Assembly: GCA_965223795.1 (NCBI GenBank)
Contig: CBDCXL010000002.1
Span: 1,376,001-1,440,000 of the forward strand
DNA from: Nitrospinales bacterium
GTDB lineage: Bacteria; Nitrospinota; Nitrospinia; Nitrospinales; VA-1
Direction of reading: 5' to 3'
DNA length: 64,000 nt
Shown here: positions 10,851 through 23,061 of the stretch, piece after piece
Numbering within the stretch: position 1 is the stretch's first letter
How the letters are laid out: each line of letters begins with the position of its first letter
Translations under genes and position numbers: made by a program
The notes under the pieces: generated by a model
What the model was told of the DNA's origin: nothing
The model's database searches: none
The model's input: only the letters and a program-made list of their open reading frames with translations

Positions 10851-11819
10851 TCATGACGGTTGCTGCCGGCTGTTGAACTGATCGAGAATATCCAGGGCGA
10901 TTTCCAGGGAATACAGCTCGTCGTCCACCGCCACCTTGCGCGGGCTGCCGTTTTTCACGCAGTCGATGAAGTGCTGCAATTCCAGTTTCAGGGGATTTTC
11001 CTTGTGCACGAAGATGCGCTCCACCAGCGATTCCTGTTTGTAGCGCAGAGCCCCTTGCTGCAGCTGATGCTCGGAAGAAGACTGCCGGTGCACGTAGATT
11101 TCCTGATCGGTGTAGTCGAGCAGCACATAGGAATCCTTCTGCGTGACGGAAAGGGTGCGCACTTTGTTCTGCGAGGCGCGGCTGGCAAGGATGTTGGCGA
11201 TGCACCTGTTCTCGAATTCGAGCTGCGCGTTGACCAGATCGTCCTTGCCCGAAAACACGGACGCCCCCAGCACGTGCGAGCGGGTGACCTTGGACTTGAT
11301 GAGGTTTAAGATGATGTCGATGTCGTGGATCATGACGTCCAGCACGACGCCGTCGTCGCGGATGCGGTCGCTGAAGGAACTCATGCGCTTGCACTCGACG
11401 AACAGCGGTTCGGTGACGATCTTGTGCAGCTCCTGCACGGCGCCGTTGAACCGCTCGATGTGCCCGATGTGCAGGGTGAGGTCTTTTTCGCCGGCGATGG
11501 CGAACAGCTCGCGCGCCTGGTCGAGGTCGTTGGTGCAGGGTTTTTCCAGCAGCACGTGGATGCCGGCGTTCAGGAGGTCTTTGCCGACGCTGTAGTGCAG
11601 GGAAGTGGGCACGGCGACGACGGCCAGGTCGATGCGGTCCAGAATGTCCTTGTAGTCGGTGAAATGGTCGCAGCCGTATCGTTCGGCGATGGTCTTCGCC
11701 CTTTGCGCATCCACATCGACCACCGCCGTCAGGGTGACTTCCATGATCTGGGACAGGACGCCCACATGGTACTCGCCCATTTTACCCACGCCGATGACGC
11801 CTGCTTTGAGCCCTCCCAT
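10851..11819 (-). CDS. Gfo/Idh/MocA oxidoreductase, GnnA-like
   Basis: GVIGVGKMG, HVLLEKP, GHIERFN, LDVMIHDID. Overlaps the lpxA stop inside the lipid A operon. Confidence 0.85.
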   Translation of the reverse strand: MGGLKAGVIGVGKMGEYHVGVLSQIMEVTLTAVVDVDAQRAKTIAERYGCDHFTDYKDILDRIDLAVVAVPTSLHYSVGKDLLNAGIHVLLEKPCTNDLDQARELFAIAGEKDLTLHIGHIERFNGAVQELHKIVTEPLFVECKRMSSFSDRIRDDGVVLDVMIHDIDIILNLIKSKVTRSHVLGASVFSGKDDLVNAQLEFENRCIANILASRASQNKVRTLSVTQKDSYVLLDYTDQEIYVHRQSSSEHQLQQGALRYKQESLVERIFVHKENPLKLELQHFIDCVKNGSPRKVAVDDELYSLEIALDILDQFNSRQQPS

Positions 11820-12589
11820 TATTTCGTGATTCCCCGAGATGAGTTTTTAATAAAGTCGATAAGATAACGAATTTCATCCAACATTTCAATTTCGTCCTTT
11901 ATTTTCCCGATCGCCTGCGCGGTGTTGAGTTCGGGCTGCAGAATGAATTTCAACGCCTTCTTCAGGGCGGCGCGCACGTCCGGCTTGAAGTCGCTCCGCC
12001 TGAGCCCCACCGCGTTGGTGCTGACGAGCCGGGCGGGCGCCCCCTCCACCAGGGAAAAGGGCAGGATGTCCTTGCTCACGGCGGACGCGCCGCCGACCAT
12101 GGCGTGTTTGCCGATGCGCACGAACTGGTGCACGCCGACCTGTCCGGACACAAACGCTTTTTCCTCGACCACGACATGGCCCGAAAGGCCGGTGTAGTTG
12201 ACCACGATCACGCGGTCGCCGAGTTCACAATCGTGGGCGATGTGCACGTAGTTCATCAGCATGCACTCGCTGCCGATGGTGGTCGCTCCGTTTTCCTGCG
12301 CGCTGCGGTGGATGGTGGCGTATTCCCGGACCGTGGTGCCGTCACCGATCCGCACCGAGGAAGGAACGTCTTTGAAACCCAGGATCTGCGGCTCGCCGCC
12401 GATGGCCGCACCCTGGAACAAACGGCAGTTCCTGCCGATCTCCGTCCGCGCCTCGATATGAACATGCGGCCCGATCCAGGTGCCGTCGCCGATCTTCACA
12501 TCGGGACCGATGACGGCGAACGGTCCCACGGAGATATCGCTGCCTAACTGGGCGCTGGGATGGATGTCTGCGCTGTTATGAATGGTCAC
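11819..12589 (-). CDS. lpxA: Acyl-ACP--UDP-N-acetylglucosamine acyltransferase
   Basis: Hexapeptide repeats, GGEPQ, REYATIHR, HIAHDC, VHQFVRIG. Confidence 0.95.
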   Translation of the reverse strand: MTIHNSADIHPSAQLGSDISVGPFAVIGPDVKIGDGTWIGPHVHIEARTEIGRNCRLFQGAAIGGEPQILGFKDVPSSVRIGDGTTVREYATIHRSAQENGATTIGSECMLMNYVHIAHDCELGDRVIVVNYTGLSGHVVVEEKAFVSGQVGVHQFVRIGKHAMVGGASAVSKDILPFSLVEGAPARLVSTNAVGLRRSDFKPDVRAALKKALKFILQPELNTAQAIGKIKDEIEMLDEIRYLIDFIKNSSRGITK

Positions 12590-12649
12590 GTTCCGGAACC
12601 GAGACGTTACGCCGCTGCATTCAGGAAGGCGTGCCGGGGGAGGAGAGGA

Positions 12650-13096
12650 TCATTTGCCGGAAGATTCGGCTTTGCCCAGCATGGCCTGCAGCGTGCCTTC
12701 CGCCACCTTGGCGTCGCCGACAAACGCGTTTCCCTCAAAGCGGAACAGGGACCCCCGCTGTTTCACTTTGGTCAGCTCCATCCTGAGGCAATCGCCGGGC
12801 ACCACGGGCTTGCGGAACTTGGCCCCGTCGATACCGGTGAAGAACACCGAACCGTGTCCCTCCATTTTAAGGATTTTAAGAGCCAGAATGCAGCCCACCT
12901 GAGCCATGGACTCGATGATGAGCACGCCGGGCATCACCGGAAACTCGGGGAAGTGCCCCTGGAAAAACGGTTCGTTGACGGTGACGTTCTTGATGCCGAC
13001 GATGCGCGACTCCATGTCGCACTCGATGATCCTGTCGACAAGCAGAAAAGGGTAGCGGTGCGGGATGATGCGCTTGATTTCTTCGATTTCAATCAT
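12650..13096 (-). CDS. fabZ: 3-hydroxyacyl-ACP dehydratase
   Basis: PHRYPFLLVDR, NEPFFQGHFP, MPGVLIIESMAQ, FRKPVVPGD. Confidence 0.97.
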   Translation of the reverse strand: MIEIEEIKRIIPHRYPFLLVDRIIECDMESRIVGIKNVTVNEPFFQGHFPEFPVMPGVLIIESMAQVGCILALKILKMEGHGSVFFTGIDGAKFRKPVVPGDCLRMELTKVKQRGSLFRFEGNAFVGDAKVAEGTLQAMLGKAESSGK

Positions 13097-13186
13097 GACA
13101 GGAGCCGGGAGATCAAATCCGGAGCCGGGGATGAAAATCCGATTCGAACGGGAGCGGGTGGTTGCGTGAGCGCGGCGGTCATGCTG

Positions 13187-13735
13187 CTACTTGAACATGC
13201 GGTCATAGGTCTTCGTGGCGAGATCGGTCAGGTCGTTGCCGGCATTGTGATACAGGACGGCCTTTTTTTCCAGAATCATGGTGTATTTTTTCTCTTTGCC
13301 GATCTTTTTGATCACATCCACCATCTGCAGCAATAATTTCTGGGTCATCTCCTTTTCTTTTTTTGCGAATGCGTTGTTCTGGTCCTCCACATAGCGTTCG
13401 AACGCGACCTTCTGTTTTCTGAACTCATCCTCTTTTTTCTTCTTGAGTTTGGGATCGAGCACAAAACTCTGCTTGTTCAAATCATCCAGCAATTTTTTGA
13501 TTCGCTCTTCTTTCCTTGCGATCACATCCTTTTCTTTTTTGAAACTGTTTTTGAAGGAGGCGAATCCCCGTTTCCAATCCTTGGTGCTGGAAATGGCCTT
13601 TTGAAGATCGATGAACCCGATGCGTGTATCCGCGGCGAACACGGATTGTGAATTCAACGCGAGAATCAGCGCCGCAAAAACAATGGCGCCGCCCGTTTTC
13701 CTCAAACAGGTCTGAATATTTGACTGACTGGACAT
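13187..13735 (-). CDS. skp: OmpH/Skp periplasmic chaperone
   Basis: Signal peptide, RIGFIDLQKA, Lys-rich coiled coil, DLTD C-terminal motif. Sits between bamA and fabZ. Confidence 0.88.
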   Translation of the reverse strand: MSSQSNIQTCLRKTGGAIVFAALILALNSQSVFAADTRIGFIDLQKAISSTKDWKRGFASFKNSFKKEKDVIARKEERIKKLLDDLNKQSFVLDPKLKKKKEDEFRKQKVAFERYVEDQNNAFAKKEKEMTQKLLLQMVDVIKKIGKEKKYTMILEKKAVLYHNAGNDLTDLATKTYDRMFK

Positions 13736-13772
13736 AAACCCTCTCAAAGCTTAAGACTGAACGGTTGAATGG

Positions 13773-16049
13773 TTAAAATGAACTGCCGGCGGTGAAATGG
13801 AATTCTCCGATGTCTTCGCCAGTGGCCCGGTCGAGCTTGATTCCGTATGCGAATCCAACCGGACCGAACGGGCTGAGAAAACGGATTCCCGCGCCGACGC
13901 TGTGGCGCATGTCACCCAGGTTGATGGTCTCCGCCGTGGTGCTGATATCCGTTCCGGTGCCATATACGTTGCCGCGGTCGTAAAACACGAACCCTCTGAA
14001 AGATTTTGAAAACGGATATTGCAGCTCGGCGTTGAACAGGAGGGACTGGGTTCCGCCCAGCGGATCGCCTGTTCCGTTTTTGGGACCGACATCGCGGATG
14101 CTGAAGCCCCGCAGGCTTTTCGCTCCGCCCATGAAATACCGCTCGAAAATAGGAAGCTCTTCTCCGTTGTAGCCGTCGGCCCAGTTGATTTCACTGTGCA
14201 GGGCGCCCACCAGTTTGCCGATGATCGGAAAGTAATAGGTGACTTCGTACCCGCTCCGCAGAAAGTCGGCCCCTCCCAGTATCCCGCCAGCGACCTCAAA
14301 TCGTACCACATGCCTCCAGCCTGTGGAAGGGTTTAAAAAATCGTCGCGGGTGTCGCGGATGTAGCTGGGAGCGATGCGGCTGGTGGTCCGGGTTTCGTTC
14401 TTTAGAAATTCGGTTTCCTCGCTGGGCTCGACATCGCGCACCCGCACTTCCTCCAGGCGGTAGTTGAGGCCCACCCAGTCGTATTCCGTCAATGACTTAC
14501 CGACCCGGACGCCGCCGCCGCGGTTTCTCGACGTGAAGCTGAAAAAGTCCGACTCGCGGTTGAATGCGTCCACGCCGAACAGGATTTCGGTGTCGAAGAT
14601 GCGCGGCTCGGTGAAGGACAGGTTGAAATCCGTGCGGATCGCCGAAAGGCTGGCGGAGAAGACGAGGCGCTGGCCGCGGCCGAACAGGTTGTCCTGGGAC
14701 ACCGATCCGGTGAACACCACTTTTTCCACGGAGCTGAACCCGGCGCCGACGGTGATGGAACCTGTGGGCCGTTCGGTCACGGTGGTGACGACGTCGATGA
14801 GGTCCGGGTTCTGGCCGCGCCGCGTGTCGATTTTGACGTCTTCAAAAAACTTGAGGTTGTTGATCCTCTGCTTGCTGCGCTTGAGCTTGGTGCTGTCGAA
14901 CAGCTCGCCTTCCTTGAGCCGGAATTCACGGCGGATCACGTTGTCGCGCGTGCGCACGTTTCCGAGAATGGAGATCTCGCCGACGTACACCTTCTTGCCC
15001 TTCTGGATTTCGATATCGAGATCGACCGTGCGTTTTTCATCGTCGATCTTGGTGACCGGGTTGACGTCGGCGTAAGCGTATCCCCGCGTCGAGTAGAGGT
15101 CCGAGACGCTGAGCACGTCCTCCCGCAGCTTGGACACGTTGTACCAGTCGCCTTTCTGCGTCTTGACGACCGCGTTCATCTCCTCTTCCGTGAAGGTGCC
15201 GTCTCCCTTGATTTTGTAACCGGAAATTTTGTAACGCGGTCCTTCGACAACCGGGATGGTGATGTAGATTTCCTGCTCTTCCTTGTTGACTTCGATCTTG
15301 GGCTCCTGCACGTTCACGCGCACGAACCCCATGTCCTGGTAATACGCTTCGATGCGAAACAGATCCAGTTTCAGCACGTCTTTTTTATAAATGCCCGAGT
15401 CGTCGAGCCAGGAATACCAGGTCTTTTCCTTGGTCTCCATCTGCTTTCTCAGGACTTTGTCCTTGACCGCCCGGTTTCCTGAAAACTGGATTTTCTCCAC
15501 GCTCACCTTTTCGCCCTCGGTGATGCGGATGGTGACGTCGACCAGGTTGTTCTCCGTCATCTTGGTGTCGATGCTGGCGTCGGCGAAAAAATAACCTTTC
15601 TCCTGGTAGAACTTTTTGATTTCGTCGACGCTTTCTTTCACCAGGTGATTCTGAAAGGTGGTGCCCCGCTTCAATCCGATTTTCTCGCGGATATCATCGG
15701 ACTCCATCTTCTCGTTGCCGATGAGTTCCACGTCCCCGATCGAGGGAATCTCTTCCACTTTGAATATGACCTTGAGGCCGCCGATCGCATCCTCGGTTTC
15801 GACCTGGATGTCCTTGAACTGATCGAGGCTGTAGATCTGTTCGATGTCTTTGCGGATCTGGATGCGGGAGAGGGGTTCGCCGACTTCGGTCTTGATGTAG
15901 TAGAGGATGGTGGAATCGTCGACGCGCTTGTTGCCTTTAACTTCGATGGAATGAACGATCTGTCCTTCCTGCGCCTCGGATGGAGGGACGCAGAAAAGCA
16001 AAACCAGAAATACGCAGTATAAGAGAACGGACCGGAAACGTTTCCTCAT
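13773..16049 (-). CDS. bamA: Outer membrane protein assembly factor BamA
   Basis: POTRA repeats (GNKRV, GNVRTRDNVIRRE), LRGF motif, SPFGP, C-terminal Phe. Confidence 0.95.
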   Translation of the reverse strand: MRKRFRSVLLYCVFLVLLFCVPPSEAQEGQIVHSIEVKGNKRVDDSTILYYIKTEVGEPLSRIQIRKDIEQIYSLDQFKDIQVETEDAIGGLKVIFKVEEIPSIGDVELIGNEKMESDDIREKIGLKRGTTFQNHLVKESVDEIKKFYQEKGYFFADASIDTKMTENNLVDVTIRITEGEKVSVEKIQFSGNRAVKDKVLRKQMETKEKTWYSWLDDSGIYKKDVLKLDLFRIEAYYQDMGFVRVNVQEPKIEVNKEEQEIYITIPVVEGPRYKISGYKIKGDGTFTEEEMNAVVKTQKGDWYNVSKLREDVLSVSDLYSTRGYAYADVNPVTKIDDEKRTVDLDIEIQKGKKVYVGEISILGNVRTRDNVIRREFRLKEGELFDSTKLKRSKQRINNLKFFEDVKIDTRRGQNPDLIDVVTTVTERPTGSITVGAGFSSVEKVVFTGSVSQDNLFGRGQRLVFSASLSAIRTDFNLSFTEPRIFDTEILFGVDAFNRESDFFSFTSRNRGGGVRVGKSLTEYDWVGLNYRLEEVRVRDVEPSEETEFLKNETRTTSRIAPSYIRDTRDDFLNPSTGWRHVVRFEVAGGILGGADFLRSGYEVTYYFPIIGKLVGALHSEINWADGYNGEELPIFERYFMGGAKSLRGFSIRDVGPKNGTGDPLGGTQSLLFNAELQYPFSKSFRGFVFYDRGNVYGTGTDISTTAETINLGDMRHSVGAGIRFLSPFGPVGFAYGIKLDRATGEDIGEFHFTAGSSF

Positions 16050-16112
16050 TCCACCGGATGTATTTTAGATCCCCTAAGGCGCGGGGATAGTGGGAATCCA
16101 TGATTCGAGGCC

Positions 16113-16165
16113 AAAAAAAAGTATTAAGCTTTCGAACCTTTGGGCTGACAGCTTAATACTTTTTT
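16113..16165. terminator. Inverted-repeat terminator between clpC and bamA
   Basis: AAAAAAGTATTAAGCT ... AGCTTAATACTTTTTT, with A/T runs on both sides and a loop of about 19 nt. Confidence 0.7.
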
Positions 16166-16217
16166 CAAAAAATTGATGTCATTGGCCGCTTGGTAATAAG
16201 CGGGATTCTAATTTCTC

Positions 16218-18650
<2,433 letters not shown>

Positions 18651-19189
18651 GATTCAAACTTCCTCGGATAAGGATTTGCGGATGGGTGCTTTGGGGACCC
18701 CGAATAGAACGTTACCGGCTGGGGCCGCACGCCGTTTTTTTGAGGTTGATGCTAATTCCATTTTAGCAAAAGGCACCAATTATACAAGGATTTATTTTCC
18801 CTCCCCCGGCACTCGCTAAGCCTTTAAATCCTTTACCCTTTCGAAGGTTTTTCGAGTTCGGATACAGAGCGCTTTCGACCGCTTTTGCCGGATGAAAAAA
18901 AGCGGATTTTTTCTTTCCCGGGCGCGGCTTTTTCAGCATCATTTTGAAAGCGGAGCGTTTGCCGGGATACGGCTGGAGATTCATTTCCCTGTCCAAAAAA
19001 AACTTTTTTCCGCGTCCGCGCCGCCGCGTCTGCCGGGAAAAAAAATTTTTAATTCCCCTGTCCACCCCCCGCACGGGTGCGAAATAATCCGCGCGCGCGG
19101 CGTCAAAACCCCTGAACCTGTCAAAACCATGACAACCTGAGCGACAAAAATATCAGCAGGTTTGACCTATCCGGCGGAGGGATGACCGA

Positions 19190-22100
19190 TCAGGAATAAC
19201 CGGCGTCGCGGTGAAAACACACGGCCGCGGCGGTGGTGCTGGGCGGATCGAATTCGTTGGAGCCGGTGAGGCGGACGCCGATGTCCTCGGCCTCAAGCAC
19301 TTCCCAGATGATTTTATTGTTGATGAGATCGACGATGGCGGGATAGCCGGGGCTGTAGCGCTGCCCGTTTTTCTCTTTTTTATGACCGGCGCGCTCGCGC
19401 AGCAAACGGTGGATGTATTCGGCCAGATCTTCGGTGACGCGGTCGCAGAGTCCCTGCAGATACAACGCCGACTCGGAATCCTGCTGGTTTTTGAAATCGG
19501 CGATCACCTTTTCCACTTCCGTCCCCGCCGTGGTGATCTGCAGGCCGATGGCGTCTAAGCGTCCGGAACTCTTGGGATGAAAGTACTGCGCCACGGAAAA
19601 GGTGTCCTTGCCGCCCTTGCCGACGCACAGGGTGAAGTGCAGCCGCGCGATCTCCTTTTTCACGTCCCTGGGGTCGAAGATCACCACGTCATCACCTTCC
19701 GACTGCGCCGGCAGCAGCGCGAACCGCGCCTTGGGCTGAATCCAGCCGTTCCTGCCGGCTTTTTCCATCCATTCTTTTTCCAGCGCCTTGAGCTGTTCGA
19801 GCGTCACGCCCTTCTGTTTCCAGGAGGATTTTTTGCCGTATTTCCAGTTGAGCGAGTACAGGCTTTTGGTGTCGATGTTGGGGCTCAGCTTGCTGAGTTT
19901 GAACTCGACTTTGTGCACACCGAAGCCGTTGCCGGGAACCTCATGATTTTTAAAGCTCACGTTGCGCCGGGGCAGGGTCTTGAGCAGTTCGTCCTGGGCT
20001 TCCTTGAGGCCCTTGGCGCGCTGGTACTCGCGCAGCAGCCGTTCCCGGTTCGCCTGCATGTAGGCGCCGCGGGCAGCTTTATCTTGAAGAACGTTCATGG
20101 TGTTGACCCCGTCCATGCCGCTCTCGCAGTAAAAGACGTTGTCGAGGATCTTTTCCGTTTCGCTCTGCCCGTGCATGGCCACGTAGCCGGCATGCCGGTT
20201 GTTGACGGGCGCGCCGCCGATCAGGATGGGCAGGCTGGTGGCCCGTTCGGCCAGCATGCGCGCGACGGTGATCATGTGGTTGGAGGTCTGCACGAGCAGC
20301 GCGCTCATGCCGATGGCGTCGGCGTTTTCCTGTTTCGCGGTCTCGATGAAGCGCTCCAGCGGCACCTGCACGCCCAGGTCGATGACGCGGTAGCCGTAGT
20401 TTTCCAGCAGGGTCTTGGCGAGGTCCTTGCCGATGCTGTGCACGTCCTGATAGACGGTGCCGATGACCACGACGCCTTTGTATTCGATCGCCGAGCCTTC
20501 GGTCACGCCGCTCTGCACGCGCATGAGCCATTCCAGGTACTGCATGACGCCGCGCATGACGTCGGCGCTTTTCAACAGATGCGGCAGGCTCACTTCGCCG
20601 CGGCCGAAGCCGTCGCCCAGCTCGCGCATGGCTTTCATGAGGTGCTCGCTGATGAAATCCAGCGGCGCGTGCGTTTTCACCGCCTCGGCCACATCCAGCA
20701 CGATGCGGTCGCGATACTCGAAGCTCTGGCCTTCGCTTTTCAGCACACCCTGCTCTTTCTGCTTGTAGCCGTCCTTGATCTTCTGGCAGATCCTCTCTTC
20801 CAGCGGCAGGTCCTGGTAATCGACCTTCTTCTGCACGGTGCCGGTCTTTTTGGTGAGGGCGATCTGCTCCAGTTCCTCGAACGCTTCCATGTCGCGGTGC
20901 AGGATGACTTTGCGCGCGAGATCGACGTCGTGCTGCGGCAGGCTTTCCAGTGGCACGTAATGGTTGGGGTTCAAAATGGCGCAGTCCAGTCCCGCCTGCC
21001 GCGCCTCGTCGAGAAAGACGCTGGTGAGCACTTTGCGCATGTAGGGTTTCTGGCCCAGGCCGTTGGTGAGGTTGCCGACGCCAATCGAGGTCTTGAGGTC
21101 CGGGTGAATGGCCTTGATGCGCGGCAGACACTTGAGCGTTTCGGCGCAGAAGTTGAGCCCCTCCACCGATTCGCTGCCGATGGGGTAGGCGTTGACGTCG
21201 ATGAGGATGCGGTCCGGCGCGACGCCGCGCTCGCCCGCCTGCCGAACGATCTCCGCGGCGAGGTCGTATTTCTCCTGTGCCGTCTGTCCGGGCCCCTCGG
21301 GGCCGTTCACCAGCGCGATGTAGACCGGGTCGTGCCGGGAGGTGCCGTCGAGCACCGCATCGAGCTTGGAAACGCCGTCCTGGTATTCCTCCAGGCTGAT
21401 GGAGTTGATGACCGGGCGGCCGGGATAGGTCGCGACCGCTTTGACGAGCGCCTCGACGGAAAAGCTGTCGATGCACATCACGCCTTTGAAATCGCTGGTC
21501 AGGTCGTGGATCAGGGTGGGGAGCAGGGTTTCCGTCTCGACGATGTTGCTGTCCATGCACACGTCGATGATGTCGATGCCGAGATCCTTCACCTGCTCGG
21601 TGACCACTTCCTCCAGAACCGGAAGCTGCACGTCCCCGGTGGTCTCCACGGCGTCGCGCACTTTTTTGCTGCCGCGCACGTTGAGCCGCTCGCCGATGCG
21701 GATGAGGCCGGCGGAGCTGTCCAGCGCGACGGCGTTCTGCGGCCCGGACACGTAGACCCTCCGATCCACTTCATTTTCCTTGCGCGTCACTGTGGCGATT
21801 TTGTCCTTGAGGGCGCGGATGTGCGCGGGCGTGGTGCCGCAGCAGCCACCGACGAGGGACACGCCGTGCTGCTCGACGAACTCCGCGACGGTGTCCGCCA
21901 TTTTGTCGGGTTCGAGCATGTAGCAGGTCTTGCCGTCGATGGACACGGGCTGGCCGGCGTTGGGCACGACGGAGATCGGCAGCGATACGTACCGGCTCAT
22001 CTTCTTAACGGCCTGAGTCATGAGTTCGGGACCGACGTTGCAGTTGATGCCGAACACGTCGACGCCCATGCCCGCCACGGCGGTGTAGGCCGCGTGGATG

Positions 22101-22804
22101 TCGGTGTTGAAGATCTGCATCTTGGCGTGCTGGTCCACGGTCACCTGCACTATGATGGGCGTCGCGGCGTCCGTTTCCTCCAGCGCGCGTTTCGCGCCGA
22201 GAACGGCGGCCTTGGTTTCCAGGATGTCCTGCTGGGTCTCGAACAGCAGCATGTCGACGCCGCCTTCGATCAGCCCCTTGACCTGCAGATAAAAGTTGTC
22301 CTCGATCTGCTCGAAGGTGGCCTTGCTCAGATTCGCCTGGGTGCTGGAAACGACGTAGTTGGACGGACCGATGGACCCGGCCACGAACAGCGGACGGCCG
22401 TCGTACTCCGGGCTTTCCTGATAACGCGCCACCGCCTGGCGGGCGATGCGCGCGCCGGTGACGTTGAGGTGCCGGGTGATCGCTTTAAGATCACCGGCCG
22501 CAAGGTCCAGTCCTTCGGGTACGGCCTGGATGTCCGTTGTGTCGATGCGGGTGAAATCGAATTCCTTGAGACGCAGCGGCGAAGCGCCGAAGGTGTTGGT
22601 CTCGATGATGTCCGCGCCGGCGGCGAGGTACTGGTAGTGGATGTCCTCAAGATCGCGCGGCCTGGAAAACACCAGCAGGTCGGTCAGCATCTTGAATTCG
22701 GCGCCGCCGAACGCGGCGTCGGTCAGTTCCAGATTCTGCACCATGGTGCCCATGGCGCCGTCCATCACCAGAACCTTTTTTTTCAATTCACTGATAAACG
22801 TCAT
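19190..22804 (-). CDS. metH: Cobalamin-dependent methionine synthase
   Basis: DGAMGT, ETNTFG, Zn ligands GINC and GGCCGT, IGERLN pterin domain, B12 motif DVHSIG, activation domain RYSPGYPA. Confidence 0.96.
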   Translation of the reverse strand: MTFISELKKKVLVMDGAMGTMVQNLELTDAAFGGAEFKMLTDLLVFSRPRDLEDIHYQYLAAGADIIETNTFGASPLRLKEFDFTRIDTTDIQAVPEGLDLAAGDLKAITRHLNVTGARIARQAVARYQESPEYDGRPLFVAGSIGPSNYVVSSTQANLSKATFEQIEDNFYLQVKGLIEGGVDMLLFETQQDILETKAAVLGAKRALEETDAATPIIVQVTVDQHAKMQIFNTDIHAAYTAVAGMGVDVFGINCNVGPELMTQAVKKMSRYVSLPISVVPNAGQPVSIDGKTCYMLEPDKMADTVAEFVEQHGVSLVGGCCGTTPAHIRALKDKIATVTRKENEVDRRVYVSGPQNAVALDSSAGLIRIGERLNVRGSKKVRDAVETTGDVQLPVLEEVVTEQVKDLGIDIIDVCMDSNIVETETLLPTLIHDLTSDFKGVMCIDSFSVEALVKAVATYPGRPVINSISLEEYQDGVSKLDAVLDGTSRHDPVYIALVNGPEGPGQTAQEKYDLAAEIVRQAGERGVAPDRILIDVNAYPIGSESVEGLNFCAETLKCLPRIKAIHPDLKTSIGVGNLTNGLGQKPYMRKVLTSVFLDEARQAGLDCAILNPNHYVPLESLPQHDVDLARKVILHRDMEAFEELEQIALTKKTGTVQKKVDYQDLPLEERICQKIKDGYKQKEQGVLKSEGQSFEYRDRIVLDVAEAVKTHAPLDFISEHLMKAMRELGDGFGRGEVSLPHLLKSADVMRGVMQYLEWLMRVQSGVTEGSAIEYKGVVVIGTVYQDVHSIGKDLAKTLLENYGYRVIDLGVQVPLERFIETAKQENADAIGMSALLVQTSNHMITVARMLAERATSLPILIGGAPVNNRHAGYVAMHGQSETEKILDNVFYCESGMDGVNTMNVLQDKAARGAYMQANRERLLREYQRAKGLKEAQDELLKTLPRRNVSFKNHEVPGNGFGVHKVEFKLSKLSPNIDTKSLYSLNWKYGKKSSWKQKGVTLEQLKALEKEWMEKAGRNGWIQPKARFALLPAQSEGDDVVIFDPRDVKKEIARLHFTLCVGKGGKDTFSVAQYFHPKSSGRLDAIGLQITTAGTEVEKVIADFKNQQDSESALYLQGLCDRVTEDLAEYIHRLLRERAGHKKEKNGQRYSPGYPAIVDLINNKIIWEVLEAEDIGVRLTGSNEFDPPSTTAAAVCFHRDAGYS

Positions 22805-23061
22805 GATCCTCCACGATCCTGCGCGCCCTGTCGTTTCGATTCTGTTTTCGGGATTCGGGTGCCCCGGCGGGAAACTAAAAACCGGTTTTTAGAAATAAAG
22901 CGTTTTTGCGGAAATATCAAAAATATTTCGAACACGGTGCGGCTCCGCCTTCCTGCTTGCGCAGGCCTGGTTTTGCGCCGCAACGGTGCGAAATTAAATT
23001 CCGTGCGGATGATTATAGCATTGTCTTTATTTTCCAGGCAGCTTTCTCGCGCAAACGCCGG

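Noticed and set aside
18760..18820. CIRCE element upstream of clpC
   Set aside because: TTAGCA and GCACTC fragments are present but not in the TTAGCACTC-N9-GAGTGCTAA arrangement.
22805..23061. Cobalamin or SAM riboswitch upstream of metH
   Set aside because: Only a GGTGC...CGGGAA fragment on the wrong strand. No B12-box or SAM-I core is visible.
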